Virus record (IMG/VR): IMGVR_UViG_2974557979_000001
Length of the DNA: 64,000 nucleotides
Strand: one strand, 5' to 3'
From: a virus
Taxonomy: Duplodnaviria; Heunggongvirae; Uroviricota; Caudoviricetes; Straboviridae
The notes under the pieces are model-generated. The model was given only the letters and a program-made list of their open reading frames with translations, searched no databases and had not been told where the DNA came from. Positions within the stretch are counted from its first letter, which is position 1. Every line of letters starts with the position of its first letter. Of this stretch, positions 55,235-64,000 are shown piece by piece. The position numbers and the translations under genes are program-made.

Positions 55235-55507
55235 TTACGCTTCTTCGCCAAAGGCGGCTTCATCTTCCGCGACTTTTTCGACTTCAACGGAAGGGATCAG
55301 AGCGGATACCGCGCCAATTACCGCTTCTGGGGTTACTGGCTGGCTTGCGTCAATACCCAGTACCGAACACAGGTCGGACAGAAGTTGACGATGAACAGAG
55401 AGTTCACTTTCTTTTTGCGCGATAACTTCGTTCAGATCGAATGCGCGGCCTTTCAGTACCAGTACTTCATTTTGCAGTTTTTGAATATCAGACATTTTAT
55501 TACCCAT
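55235..55507 (-). CDS. 57A: gp57A-like chaperone (coiled coil)
   Basis: Small acidic coiled-coil protein in the 57A position between 57B and gene 1; the start could be 55507 or 55495. Confidence 0.5.
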   Translation of the reverse strand: MGNKMSDIQKLQNEVLVLKGRAFDLNEVIAQKESELSVHRQLLSDLCSVLGIDASQPVTPEAVIGAVSALIPSVEVEKVAEDEAAFGEEA

Positions 55508-55509
55508 TG

Positions 55510-56205
55510 TTAAAATTTAAAAGTATCGAGCACTTTGCTCTTTAGTTGTTTCAAAGTACCTTCGTTAGTGATGATACTATCTCCAGGTTGAGGTGTCAAA
55601 CCTTTTTCCGTGGAATGTTCATCAACAATTCCGGTATCCTTTACAATAAACACAAACTTAGCACCTAAGCGTTTTAGGTATTTGTATTCGTGTTCTTGAC
55701 GACAGTCAGTGACCAGAAGATGGTTGTATTCGTCACCAGTATATTTATTGACGAATCTTTCCAGTGTGTAACGAACCCAAACCGTGTTATCATACTTGCA
55801 TACGATATCAGTTCCAAACACTTGCATCAAGCGTCTGATACTCCAGGGAGTATCGTTACTCATAATCAGGTTATCAATATCATCAGGACTATAGACAATA
55901 TTGTATCCACGTTCTTTGAGGATTTCAAGCCCGATTTTGAAAATATTTAGAACATCTTCATTAGACATCACAAGAGGTTTCTCTCGATCGCCTTTGTAAA
56001 AAATAGCATCCGGATCAGAATATTGTCCTTCAATCATATTGCGAATGTATGGTTTATCGTAACCATATCGCTGCATTGCTATTCTTAGCGTTCTTTTGAT
56101 ACCAAATGCCAGTGCTTCACACTGAACATCATTGTACGCCTCTTGAATAAATTTAGCAACCGTATCTTTACCAGTTCGCTTTTTTCCACTAATCACATAA
56201 ATCAT
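55510..56205 (-). CDS. 1: deoxynucleoside monophosphate kinase gp1
   Basis: P-loop ISGKKRTGKDT, SIRRLMQVFGTDI, VTDCRQEHE, ITNEGTL are collinear with T4 gp1. Confidence 0.9.
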   Translation of the reverse strand: MIYVISGKKRTGKDTVAKFIQEAYNDVQCEALAFGIKRTLRIAMQRYGYDKPYIRNMIEGQYSDPDAIFYKGDREKPLVMSNEDVLNIFKIGLEILKERGYNIVYSPDDIDNLIMSNDTPWSIRRLMQVFGTDIVCKYDNTVWVRYTLERFVNKYTGDEYNHLLVTDCRQEHEYKYLKRLGAKFVFIVKDTGIVDEHSTEKGLTPQPGDSIITNEGTLKQLKSKVLDTFKF

Positions 56206-56735
56206 TAGCTCATTCTCTTTTGAGAAGTGACTACTTTTCCGTCAATTTCAACTTCCATATGAAGGAAGCCAAAAGTTGCCATACACGTAACCGCTTCATC
56301 ACTATCGTTAGTATAACCCAATTCAACCTCACCCAAGTTTGTTGGGAAGGCACCATAAAATCTAAATGTGGCGATCGTTTTCATCTGGGAGTTATCCAGG
56401 ATATGCACAGCGAATGATTGCTTAGGATCATCCCACGCAACAGAGTTAAACTCATTGTAATCGTTTGTGCTCAACATCCATATGTAAATCCCAAGATACG
56501 ATCTCATTTCCTCATCGACTACAAAGCGGATCATCAAAGGATCAAACTCAAAAGCCGAACCAGGTACTTTACCTCGAACCATCATATTTGCAGGAATATC
56601 AACTGCTGGGAGGTTCATTGATGGTAGTGTAACCCCTTGAACTTGTAAAGTCAAACCTTTCATGTAACTGTTATCAGGAATATCAACCCGAAAGTTTGTA
56701 GGTGAGATTTGGTTTAAAATCATTTCTGTAGACAT
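56205..56735 (-). CDS. 3: tail completion/sheath stabiliser gp3-like
   Basis: 176 aa (same length as T4 gp3), located after gene 1 as in T4; CTAAATAG late-promoter-like motif upstream. Confidence 0.55.
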   Translation of the reverse strand: MSTEMILNQISPTNFRVDIPDNSYMKGLTLQVQGVTLPSMNLPAVDIPANMMVRGKVPGSAFEFDPLMIRFVVDEEMRSYLGIYIWMLSTNDYNEFNSVAWDDPKQSFAVHILDNSQMKTIATFRFYGAFPTNLGEVELGYTNDSDEAVTCMATFGFLHMEVEIDGKVVTSQKRMS

Positions 56736-56760
56736 AGGATCTCCTTTCCTCTATTTAGCG

Positions 56761-57080
56761 GGGAACGGGATCAAAGCGGCCTGACGGGGTAATATAAAAA
56801 TTTGAAGAAAATGCTTGACCTTTTAAAATCTTTGATCTATAATAATTATTAATTAAAATTTTATCAAAAAGATCTAACAAGATCAAGTAAAATTTAATAA
56901 ATAATTTATCAAAAAATTTTAGATCTGATCTTGAATTCATAAATTTTATGATCTATAATATATTAATATTTTATTTTATCATAAATTTTTATGAAGATCA
57001 ATACTTAGATCTAATAAATTTTATGCTTTTTCTGAAAACTTTTCCTTTACCCCGTCACTAAATACTGGTACTATGTTCCC
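56761..57080 (+). promoter_or_regulatory. AT-rich GATC-dense region with tandem consensus sigma70 promoters, flanked by inverted repeats
   Basis: IR GGGAAC...GACGGGGTAA (56761-56792) against TTACCCCGTC...GTTCCC (57047-57080); TTGACC-17-TATAAT at 56815-56843 and TTGAAT-17-TATAAT at 56931-56959; eight GATC in about 230 bp; repeated AAATTTTA and GATCTATAATA words. Confidence 0.55.
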
Positions 57081-57104
57081 ATATTGGAAATCAGGAAAAA
57101 CAAA

Positions 57105-57893
57105 ATGACTCACTTGAAAAAATTCAAAGAATTTCTGACCGAAGGTAAAACCCTCGCTCGTACCGTAGCACGTGGTCAACGCGCTAAAACTTCCGATAAA
57201 CATTCAATCGGTTTTCTTCACTTCAAACATGGTTCTGATTTCGAAGTTTTAGCACCGGATTCTCACGATCTGGCATACTTCGGTAAAAACATTGTACGTT
57301 TGAAAGGTATGACTACTGGTAAAGTTCAAGCGGCTTATGTCGATTGGGCTAAAGGTACTGTTTCTTTCTACAGTGGCAATCCGGATGATGATCTGGATTT
57401 CGACAAACCAGAAAAATTCAAAGCTGCTACTCTGTATGAAGAGGCGGAAGAAAATCTGGATCTGTATAACCAGTTAGCAGAAGATTTCGAAATCGAGATC
57501 CCTATGGATGAAGCTCTGGTGAAAGGTAAAGTTTACAAACTCCCAAGCAACGATATGCGTCTTCTGTACACTGGGCGTTCTAAAACTAAAGCAAGCGGTG
57601 AATATGCAGTGTTTACCGTAGTCGATGCTTCCGGCAAACCTCGCCTGGTATCTGGTAAAAAATTCACCCAGGAATATAAAGGCGATATGGTTTCTAAACT
57701 AGTTCTGGTTGAATCCGAAGATCTGAATGAAGCGGCTAAAGGCATTCGCGAAAAAGTTATTGCTGTGATGGTGAAACGCGGGTTTAACGAAAAAGATGCA
57801 GAAAAGATGGTTGACAAAAACCTGAAAGATGCTATGAAAGTTAGACCTGGTGCGACCCCTGGCAAACTTGCAGAAATAGTTAGCATCCTGTAA
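57105..57893 (+). CDS. hypothetical Lys/Asp/Glu-rich protein (262 aa), probably highly expressed
   Basis: Codon usage strongly biased to CGT/GGT/CTG/ACT/GCT/TTC/AAC; two consensus promoters plus a late-type CTAAATAC motif upstream; strong terminator downstream; inserted between gene 3 and gene 2, which are adjacent in T4. Confidence 0.6.
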   Translation: MTHLKKFKEFLTEGKTLARTVARGQRAKTSDKHSIGFLHFKHGSDFEVLAPDSHDLAYFGKNIVRLKGMTTGKVQAAYVDWAKGTVSFYSGNPDDDLDFDKPEKFKAATLYEEAEENLDLYNQLAEDFEIEIPMDEALVKGKVYKLPSNDMRLLYTGRSKTKASGEYAVFTVVDASGKPRLVSGKKFTQEYKGDMVSKLVLVESEDLNEAAKGIREKVIAVMVKRGFNEKDAEKMVDKNLKDAMKVRPGATPGKLAEIVSIL

Positions 57894-57898
57894 AAATA

Positions 57899-57926
57899 AA
57901 GCCCCTTCCTTTCGGTTGGGGCTTTT
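57899..57926 (+). terminator. rho-independent terminator
   Basis: GCCCCTTCCTTTCGGTTGGGGC plus TTTTT (same as 19226). Confidence 0.65.
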
Positions 57927-57929
57927 TGA

Positions 57930-58784
57930 TTAGTATTTGCTCCAGACTTTTTTCGCGCCGTAAGGTTTCCCTTTGGACATAAATTGCTGAGTCGGTAGCC
58001 AAACAGCTTTCGCCCAATCTTTAGGGGCAATCTCTGCTAATGGTGATTTGAGGTGTGATGGTAGATATGCTTTGATCATTTCTGTTGCGCCTCGCATACC
58101 TTTCACGTTACCCCAGTTAATTTTGAGTACAGTCTTGTTAGAGAGGCGTTTAGTGGATCCGTACCCTCGCTTCAATAACTCTTCTAAAAACTCCTGTCGT
58201 GCTCTGGGTGGCGCATAGTGCAAGTTCAAACCATAGAACACTAAGTTACCCGCTTTCGATCTTCCGGATCCTAAGAAAATGATCAGTGGAAATCTATCCC
58301 AATACGGCAGGGTGTCTTTATATTTTGCATCATATGCAAACGTGTACAGGCGACCCGTTGCTGGTTTTGCCACACGGTGTGTTTTGATACTGGTTTTGAT
58401 GAAATTACCAAACCATTCTGTTGAATCTTTCTGTCGCTTTGCCGCTGATACACCAACAGTGATCTTTTTCAGACTATTACGGAAATCGTTGATGATCTCG
58501 ATCCCGTGTTTTTTACGGTAGTCATTACGTTTTTTACGGGCTTCTGTCTCTGCGGAACGTCGTTCAATCTCATCATCAATCTGTTTTTTGTAACGATGCA
58601 TTGACTTTGTGAACGTTGCGTAGTTTAATCCCTCAGAATCGGCAAAACGTTTAGCAGAAACACCTTTCGTTCTTGCCTTACGGAATTTGATCCCCAGTTC
58701 AACCCAATCACTCAATTTGCGTTTGGGTGGTGCTTTGGGTTTATCCTCTTCCGCGATGATCTCAAACTCAAAAATAAAACTCAT
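57930..58784 (-). CDS. 2: DNA end-protector protein gp2
   Basis: MSFIFEFEIIAEEDK, WFGNFIKTS, GRLYTFAY, LPYWDRFPLI, FYGLNLHYAPP are collinear with T4 gp2. Confidence 0.82.
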   Translation of the reverse strand: MSFIFEFEIIAEEDKPKAPPKRKLSDWVELGIKFRKARTKGVSAKRFADSEGLNYATFTKSMHRYKKQIDDEIERRSAETEARKKRNDYRKKHGIEIINDFRNSLKKITVGVSAAKRQKDSTEWFGNFIKTSIKTHRVAKPATGRLYTFAYDAKYKDTLPYWDRFPLIIFLGSGRSKAGNLVFYGLNLHYAPPRARQEFLEELLKRGYGSTKRLSNKTVLKINWGNVKGMRGATEMIKAYLPSHLKSPLAEIAPKDWAKAVWLPTQQFMSKGKPYGAKKVWSKY

Positions 58785-58799
58785 GTTTCCCTCCAGGGA

Positions 58800-59267
58800 T
58801 TACTGACCTCGCCACCCAAAAACTTTTTTGAGTGATTCTTCTGTTACGATTTTGAACTGCCAGCCTTTTTGACGGCATAGCTCATTTGCGGCTTTCCACT
58901 TATCAATATTAACTGTATAGGTGTAAAGAGCATCAATAAATTTCTTTTTATTGTGTACGTTGTTGTTTACTGGCTTCGGTGGAGGCATGGTTTCTTTAAG
59001 GGGCTTAACCTCCCAAAGATATGTAGTACCATTTTCCATTTCCACATAGAAATCCATGTAATAGCGTCTTCTCTTACCGTCTGCATTGCAGAAATACGGG
59101 ATCACTATACATTCAGAATTCCAACGTTTTACGTGTGGGTTTTTATCCAGCCACTTCATAACGTAGCGCTCCCACGATGACCTATACGTAATCTTTCGCG
59201 GATCGCCTTTATACTTCTGTATGTTTTCGGGTACAAACGACCCTTTATACGTCTGTCTTCCAGCCAT
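58800..59267 (-). CDS. 4: head completion protein gp4-like
   Basis: 155 aa between gene 2 and gene 53 on the opposite strand to 53, as in T4. Confidence 0.55.
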   Translation of the reverse strand: MAGRQTYKGSFVPENIQKYKGDPRKITYRSSWERYVMKWLDKNPHVKRWNSECIVIPYFCNADGKRRRYYMDFYVEMENGTTYLWEVKPLKETMPPPKPVNNNVHNKKKFIDALYTYTVNIDKWKAANELCRQKGWQFKIVTEESLKKVFGWRGQ

Positions 59268-59317
59268 TGCGTAAATCCTAAATAGAATAATATAACGTTT
59301 AGATAGGGGAACTTATC

Positions 59318-59872
59318 GTGCTATTTTCATACTTCCCGCCTGTTGATTACAAAGGCACCCAGACAACTGATATTTTCCGAGACTATCGATTTTATTTTAA
59401 TCGTGTGATTGGAAAATATAAAACCCGTAGTTACCAGATAACAGGCACACTACGACCTGAACAACTTGCAGAATCATTATATGGAAACCAGCAATACTAC
59501 TGGATCCTGTTGATGCTTAACTCTGTTTATGACCCTTTCTATGGTTGGATCTCCGATCAGGAAGCCGCGTATCAGTGCGCTATACAGCGTTATTCTGAGG
59601 TTGGCGGTGAACAGGTTCTGTATCACGTAGATGAAAACAACAACAAGTATTATAACCTTGTCGAAGACCCCAATAACCCTGGTCATTGGTATGACAAAGG
59701 TGACAAACCAATGCTGTATTTACAGTATCAAGGTGTATTAGCTCCTGTAGATATTTATGAAGATGCAGTGTTGCAAAATGAAGCAAAACGAACAATAAAA
59801 ATCATTAGTCCGTCTGACATCCAGGCGTTTCTGAATGATTTTATTAAAGAAATGGAAAAGGCTAACTCATGA
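59318..59872 (+). CDS. 53: baseplate wedge protein gp53
   Basis: GTG start after GGGGA; TDIFRDYRFYF, LAESLYGNQQYYWILLMLNSVYDPFYGWISDQEAAYQ, VLYHVDENNNKYYNL match T4 gp53. Confidence 0.9.
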   Translation: MLFSYFPPVDYKGTQTTDIFRDYRFYFNRVIGKYKTRSYQITGTLRPEQLAESLYGNQQYYWILLMLNSVYDPFYGWISDQEAAYQCAIQRYSEVGGEQVLYHVDENNNKYYNLVEDPNNPGHWYDKGDKPMLYLQYQGVLAPVDIYEDAVLQNEAKRTIKIISPSDIQAFLNDFIKEMEKANS

Positions 59873-61638
59873 AATTAGGCGGAAATTTACACTCACCTTT
59901 CTTTGACGGGGTGGTTGAAAACGTTGATGATCCGCGCGGGTTGGGCCGTGTTCAAGTCCGTGTATTTGGACAACACCCAGCCCAAAAACAAAAATCCGAT
60001 GCAATCGGTGTTCCTGTTGAAGATTTACCCTGGATGATGCCTATTCAGGATATTAGAAGCGCTGCGATCTCTGGTGTGGGCTTCTCTCCAACTGGTATCA
60101 CTCGCGGATCCTTTGTTGTTGGTTATTGGCGTGACAAATGGCACCAAGATGGTATGATAATCGGTACTGTCGCTGGTGAATATGTCGAACAACCAGACAC
60201 ACAGAAAGGTTTTTGCGATCCTATGGGTGAATACCCTCGCTATGTTGGTAACGATGTTAACTCCCTTGCATTAGGTGGTTTGAAAGGCAAAGGATCATCA
60301 AGTGTCATCATTCGTGATTCAAACACAAGCATAGCAGTAAACCCAGACGATCGCCCACTGGATGAGATACCAGAAGATAACCGCCCTGATACGGGTGGAT
60401 TTACGATCGAAAAGATGCTCAAGCAGGATGAGGGGATCCGTACACGCTGGTATACAGACAGTGAAGGATATCCGACAATCGGGATCGGGCATTTGCTTAT
60501 CCGCGAAAAGACTCGCGACACTGCAAAAATTAACGCTGCGATCAGTAAAGCGGTAGGTCGAGAAGTAACAAACGGGACAATCACGGCAGAAGAGGTATCA
60601 ACCTTATTTGCTCAAGATTTAGCCAAAGTAAGATCTGATATTCAGAGAACCGCTAACGTCCGTGAAGTGTATGTGAACCTAAACCGTCCTCGTCAAATGG
60701 CGATCGAAAACATGTCGTTTCAAATGGGCGTCGGTGGTGTTGCTAAATTCACCAATACCCTAAAAGCGATGAAAAATGAAGATTGGCAAGCGGCTTATAA
60801 TGGTCTTCGAAATTCACTGTGGGCTAGTCAAACTCCAGGCCGTTCTTCTCGCGTGTCTAAAATCGTCCTCACGGGCAACCTTGAATCATATGGGGTGCAA
60901 GTACCAGATCCGGAAGGGCGCTCTCTGAGTGCTGCTTACGCTGCGTATAACGGTGCTACATTGTCGGCTACTAGTCCGGAAGATCCGTTTACTCCTGGTG
61001 ATACCCGTGTGATGTTTGAAGAACCAGCATCATCTTATAATGCGGAATATCCGTATAACATGGTGTTTGAATCGAGATCCGGACACATTCAGGAATTCGA
61101 TGATACCCCAGGATACGAACGATATAACCGTGTTCACCCAGCAGGGAGTTACGAAGAAATTCGCCCGGATGGAACCCGCGTTGTTAAAATCGTAGGGGAT
61201 GATTATCAGATCGTGATGCAGGGCCGGAAACTCAACGTTAAAGGCAACTTACAGGTAGTTATTGAAGGCGATGCGTTCATTTACAACATGGGTAACGTTC
61301 AACAAACGGTTGATGGTAACGTAACTGAATTTGTTCGTGGAAACGTTCAACAAACGGTTGAAGGTGAGTACGTTGGCCTGATTAAAGGCAATGCTGAACT
61401 AACTGTAAACAAAGATGCAACAGTTAACGTTGATCAGAATCTTACCGCAAATGTGAAACAGAATGCAACCGTTGCTGTAACAGAAGACGCAACGGTCACT
61501 GCAAAAAATGCGAAAATTGAGATTGAAGAAACGATGGATATCGGTGCTAAAGATATCAATATCAAAGCAACGAATAACACGTTTATTGATTCTGGCGCAT
61601 TAACAAAAATCACTGGCGGCACAGTACAGGTAGGCTAA
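59869..61638 (+). CDS. 5: baseplate hub / tail lysozyme gp5
   Basis: N-terminal OB domain, T4-lysozyme-like domain (GIRTRWYTDSEGYPTIGIGHLL), C-terminal beta-helix repeats (VxGNxxxTV); ATGA overlap with gp53. Confidence 0.92.
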   Translation: MKLGGNLHSPFFDGVVENVDDPRGLGRVQVRVFGQHPAQKQKSDAIGVPVEDLPWMMPIQDIRSAAISGVGFSPTGITRGSFVVGYWRDKWHQDGMIIGTVAGEYVEQPDTQKGFCDPMGEYPRYVGNDVNSLALGGLKGKGSSSVIIRDSNTSIAVNPDDRPLDEIPEDNRPDTGGFTIEKMLKQDEGIRTRWYTDSEGYPTIGIGHLLIREKTRDTAKINAAISKAVGREVTNGTITAEEVSTLFAQDLAKVRSDIQRTANVREVYVNLNRPRQMAIENMSFQMGVGGVAKFTNTLKAMKNEDWQAAYNGLRNSLWASQTPGRSSRVSKIVLTGNLESYGVQVPDPEGRSLSAAYAAYNGATLSATSPEDPFTPGDTRVMFEEPASSYNAEYPYNMVFESRSGHIQEFDDTPGYERYNRVHPAGSYEEIRPDGTRVVKIVGDDYQIVMQGRKLNVKGNLQVVIEGDAFIYNMGNVQQTVDGNVTEFVRGNVQQTVEGEYVGLIKGNAELTVNKDATVNVDQNLTANVKQNATVAVTEDATVTAKNAKIEIEETMDIGAKDINIKATNNTFIDSGALTKITGGTVQVG

Positions 61639-61639
61639 C

Positions 61640-63706
61640 ATGATTATGGATTATGAATCAATAATTGATGGAATTATGCAAAATTATCAGCATCCTTGTG
61701 ATGCTGAGATCCCCGCTGGCTATTATCGGCGGGTTATCTGGCAAGGGCATACAGAAAATTATCCGGCTGTTGGGGTTGAGTGGGATACCGAGATAATCAA
61801 AATCGGTACTCATCTTTATACTCAAGAACCATTCGGACATAGAAGCACGGATCTACCTGTTGTCAATTCACCAGGAACAGATCCAAATACCGGACAATCA
61901 ACAGGGATCCTTGTTCCGAAGATTGGCTATTATTTCAACACTCAAGCAGAAATTGATGCTTACATTACATCTATTGGTGCAACTAAAATCAATGGTGGTA
62001 ATGATTGGTATGGCGCGGATCTGTCAAAATCAAACCTATACAAAAACCCTGGCGAACTGGCTATGTATAAGGTCGAAAACAGTGGTGGGTATCTTTCCGG
62101 AACAAACCCTGTATGTGATGCTCGCATACGTCAGACGTATAATCAGGACACTGGCGCATTCACCAATATTGATTATTATTGGAATGGTAATCGTATAGCC
62201 TATATGAAGCATGATGAAACAGGGGCGCATCAATGCAAATATACGGGTATGCAGGTTAACACCAACGCAGATACAAGCATTCCTCCTGTTCCTCCTGCAA
62301 TGCCTTCCACTTATGGGGCATTACCGAGTGAATTAAGCCGTGCTGATATTTCGTGCATTCCGGCAACTGTTGGTTTCGCATATACAAATATCAGTGATGC
62401 TATGTTACAGGCATGGAACGAAACCCGTAATACGTTCAAGCTACAGTTTAACATGTTAACGGGTGCTGTACAGAATGGATTCGGGATCGCGACAATGTTT
62501 GATGGTTTATCCGTATCGATGGAAGAAGTAATGGCGGGGGCGCTCGCATTGTCACAGCAAGCATGGCAAACTGCTATGAAAGTTTTCAGACAAGTGATTA
62601 GCGCTGCATTTAACATTATCGGTGGTGCATGGGGATTGATTAATCAGTTCTTGCCTCAAGTAACCATCTTAGGTGTTGCGATCAACATTTACGATCTGGT
62701 GTTTGGTGATAATTCTGTTCAGACTTTGAAAGATGCGTTTAATGCAATCATCAAATCCGGACAACAAACATATGAAACCGTCATAAACGCAATATACGGG
62801 GCCATAGGAAGCGCATACAATTACTCTGTGGAATATGTCAAAGCTGGCGCTCGCGACCTTGTGGATGCTTGTAGCGCGTTATTTGATTGGTGTTTAACGA
62901 TGTTCCAAAACGGTTGCGTTGCATTAATCGACTTATACGGTCGGATCATGCAAACATGGGCTATCCCTCCGGAAGTCCCAAACCCGTTATGGTCTGCGGT
63001 GCTGGCTATCCGTAACATCATGATGCAAATCAAACCACTTGATATAATTCTGGGCGGTAACTTCCCTGGATTCACTGCAATGGATTTGTATCAACAAGCA
63101 CAGGAAAAAGTCAAGGCTTTTGTTGATGAGTCATACGAACAGATCCGAGGGCTTTATGAACAGGGGCAGGAACTTTACAAAACGTTAAAAAATCAGATTT
63201 TCGAACGTGATACAATTCAGAGAAAATTCAACCAGTACTTAAACTGGATGTGGGGCGCTGTAACAGACGAAGCAACAGCGGCTTATCAATCTGCATTGGA
63301 TACTGCAAACGCTGCTGTAGCTGCAACACAGGCCGCGTATGACTCTATACAGGAACAGATTGGATCTCTACAAGATGCAATGAAAGATACATACAGCATG
63401 GCGATGGAAGAATTAAAGAAATTGCCTTTGATGAGTACAATAAACGAGTTTTTAGGCTTCTGTGGTGTCGCATTTGACGATCTTCTCAAGTCATATGAAA
63501 ATGCGATTACTGGTGCTCAGTCTCTGTACAAAAATTTCATTGATAGTTCGCGCTCTTTTAAAGATCACTGCAAAGTAATCTATAACCAAATTTGTACGTT
63601 GGCGTTGAGTAAAGTCACACAATATGTGAATAAATTGCTGTCTCTCATAGGATTAGCAATCAACTTTGGTTCTATTAGTGTATGTGTTCCAGTACTGAAA
63701 TACTAA
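61640..63706 (+). CDS. large hypothetical protein (688 aa) in the gp5.1-5.4 slot
   Basis: Starts 1 nt after the gp5 stop and ends at the gp6 late-promoter motif; hydrophobic central segments (GAWGLINQFLPQVTILGVAINIYDLVF) and a helical Ala/Gln-rich C-terminal half; no PAAR motif. Confidence 0.6.
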   Translation: MIMDYESIIDGIMQNYQHPCDAEIPAGYYRRVIWQGHTENYPAVGVEWDTEIIKIGTHLYTQEPFGHRSTDLPVVNSPGTDPNTGQSTGILVPKIGYYFNTQAEIDAYITSIGATKINGGNDWYGADLSKSNLYKNPGELAMYKVENSGGYLSGTNPVCDARIRQTYNQDTGAFTNIDYYWNGNRIAYMKHDETGAHQCKYTGMQVNTNADTSIPPVPPAMPSTYGALPSELSRADISCIPATVGFAYTNISDAMLQAWNETRNTFKLQFNMLTGAVQNGFGIATMFDGLSVSMEEVMAGALALSQQAWQTAMKVFRQVISAAFNIIGGAWGLINQFLPQVTILGVAINIYDLVFGDNSVQTLKDAFNAIIKSGQQTYETVINAIYGAIGSAYNYSVEYVKAGARDLVDACSALFDWCLTMFQNGCVALIDLYGRIMQTWAIPPEVPNPLWSAVLAIRNIMMQIKPLDIILGGNFPGFTAMDLYQQAQEKVKAFVDESYEQIRGLYEQGQELYKTLKNQIFERDTIQRKFNQYLNWMWGAVTDEATAAYQSALDTANAAVAATQAAYDSIQEQIGSLQDAMKDTYSMAMEELKKLPLMSTINEFLGFCGVAFDDLLKSYENAITGAQSLYKNFIDSSRSFKDHCKVIYNQICTLALSKVTQYVNKLLSLIGLAINFGSISVCVPVLKY

Positions 63707-63737
63707 ATAGTCGAATGATCAAGAGGAATTTATAATA

Positions 63738-64000
63738 ATGGCTACTGCTAAGACTAAGACTGTCAAAAAACAGATTAACCAAATCCCCGATATCTTTATC
63801 GGGGGTACTTTCGAAGAAATTAAAACAGATCTGATTGATTGGCTGGGTGGACAAGAAGAGTTTAAGGATTACGATTTTTCCGGCTCGCGAATGAACGTAC
63901 TGATCGACCTTCTGTCGTATGCTACTCTTTATATTCAGCAGATGGGTAACACAGCTCTATTTGAATCGTTTATTCGCACGGCTGCATTGCGTAGTTCTGT
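63738..64000 (+). CDS. 6: baseplate wedge protein gp6 (3' partial)
   Basis: IPDIFIGGTFEEIKTDLIDWLGGQEEFKDYDFSGSRMNVL matches T4 gp6 IPEIFVGGTFAEIKQNLIEWLNGQNEFLDYDFEGSRLNVL; runs off the window. Confidence 0.88.
   Translation, partial: MATAKTKTVKKQINQIPDIFIGGTFEEIKTDLIDWLGGQEEFKDYDFSGSRMNVLIDLLSYATLYIQQMGNTALFESFIRTAALRSS

Noticed and set aside
56755-56940. 61 aa minus-strand ORF inside the AT-rich region
   Set aside because: Low-complexity Ile/Lys/Phe translation of AT-rich promoter DNA, with no RBS. The region is better explained as regulatory or origin-like DNA.
56761-57080. Possible CRISPR array or tandem-repeat locus
   Set aside because: The repeats are short AT-rich words (AAATTTTA, GATCTATAATA) with irregular spacing, not direct repeats of 25-40 bp with unique spacers. 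No cas genes are present.

Overview
This window looks like a T4-like (Tevenvirinae-type) myovirus genome segment, moderately AT-rich, with a hyperplastic accessory region. Recognisable core genes in order are: pseT polynucleotide kinase, cd dCMP deaminase, gp31 co-chaperonin, two tRNAs (anticodons CAU and CUG), a GrcA-like glycyl-radical cofactor and DNA ligase gp30. A baseplate-hub module follows (gp27 on the minus strand, then gp28-29-48-54-51-26-25 on the plus strand). After that comes about 35 kb of small minus-strand ORFs. The last block is acb1(57B)-57A-gene 1-gene 3-[insertion]-gene 2-gene 4-gp53-gp5-[688 aa ORF]-gp6. The accessory region contains several candidate counter-defence genes: a C5 DNA methyltransferase next to a Pol-beta-type nucleotidyltransferase, a TARG1/DarG-like macrodomain, a NADAR domain protein, an Acb1-like 2H phosphoesterase, a NatV-like NMNAT-Nudix NAD salvage enzyme and a standalone DUF262/ParB-like protein. 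Other genes recognisable there are thymidine kinase, an rI-like antiholin, an M15 peptidase and an SLT, PIN-PhoH, an SPFH/band-7 protein and an HNH-AP2 homing endonuclease. Intergenic regions carry repeated terminator-hairpin/sigma70-promoter/conserved-leader cassettes (PeSL-like) and a late-promoter-like CTAAATAG motif. The least explained parts are (i) a cassette of a 738 aa vWA protein plus partners bracketed by two unrelated proteins that share an identical 17 aa N-terminus, (ii) a 688 aa ORF in the gp5.1-5.4/PAAR slot between gp5 and gp6, and (iii) an AT-rich region with eight GATC sites and flanking inverted repeats that drives a highly expressed 262 aa protein inserted between genes 3 and 2. 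All family assignments come from motifs and remembered homologs, not from database searches.
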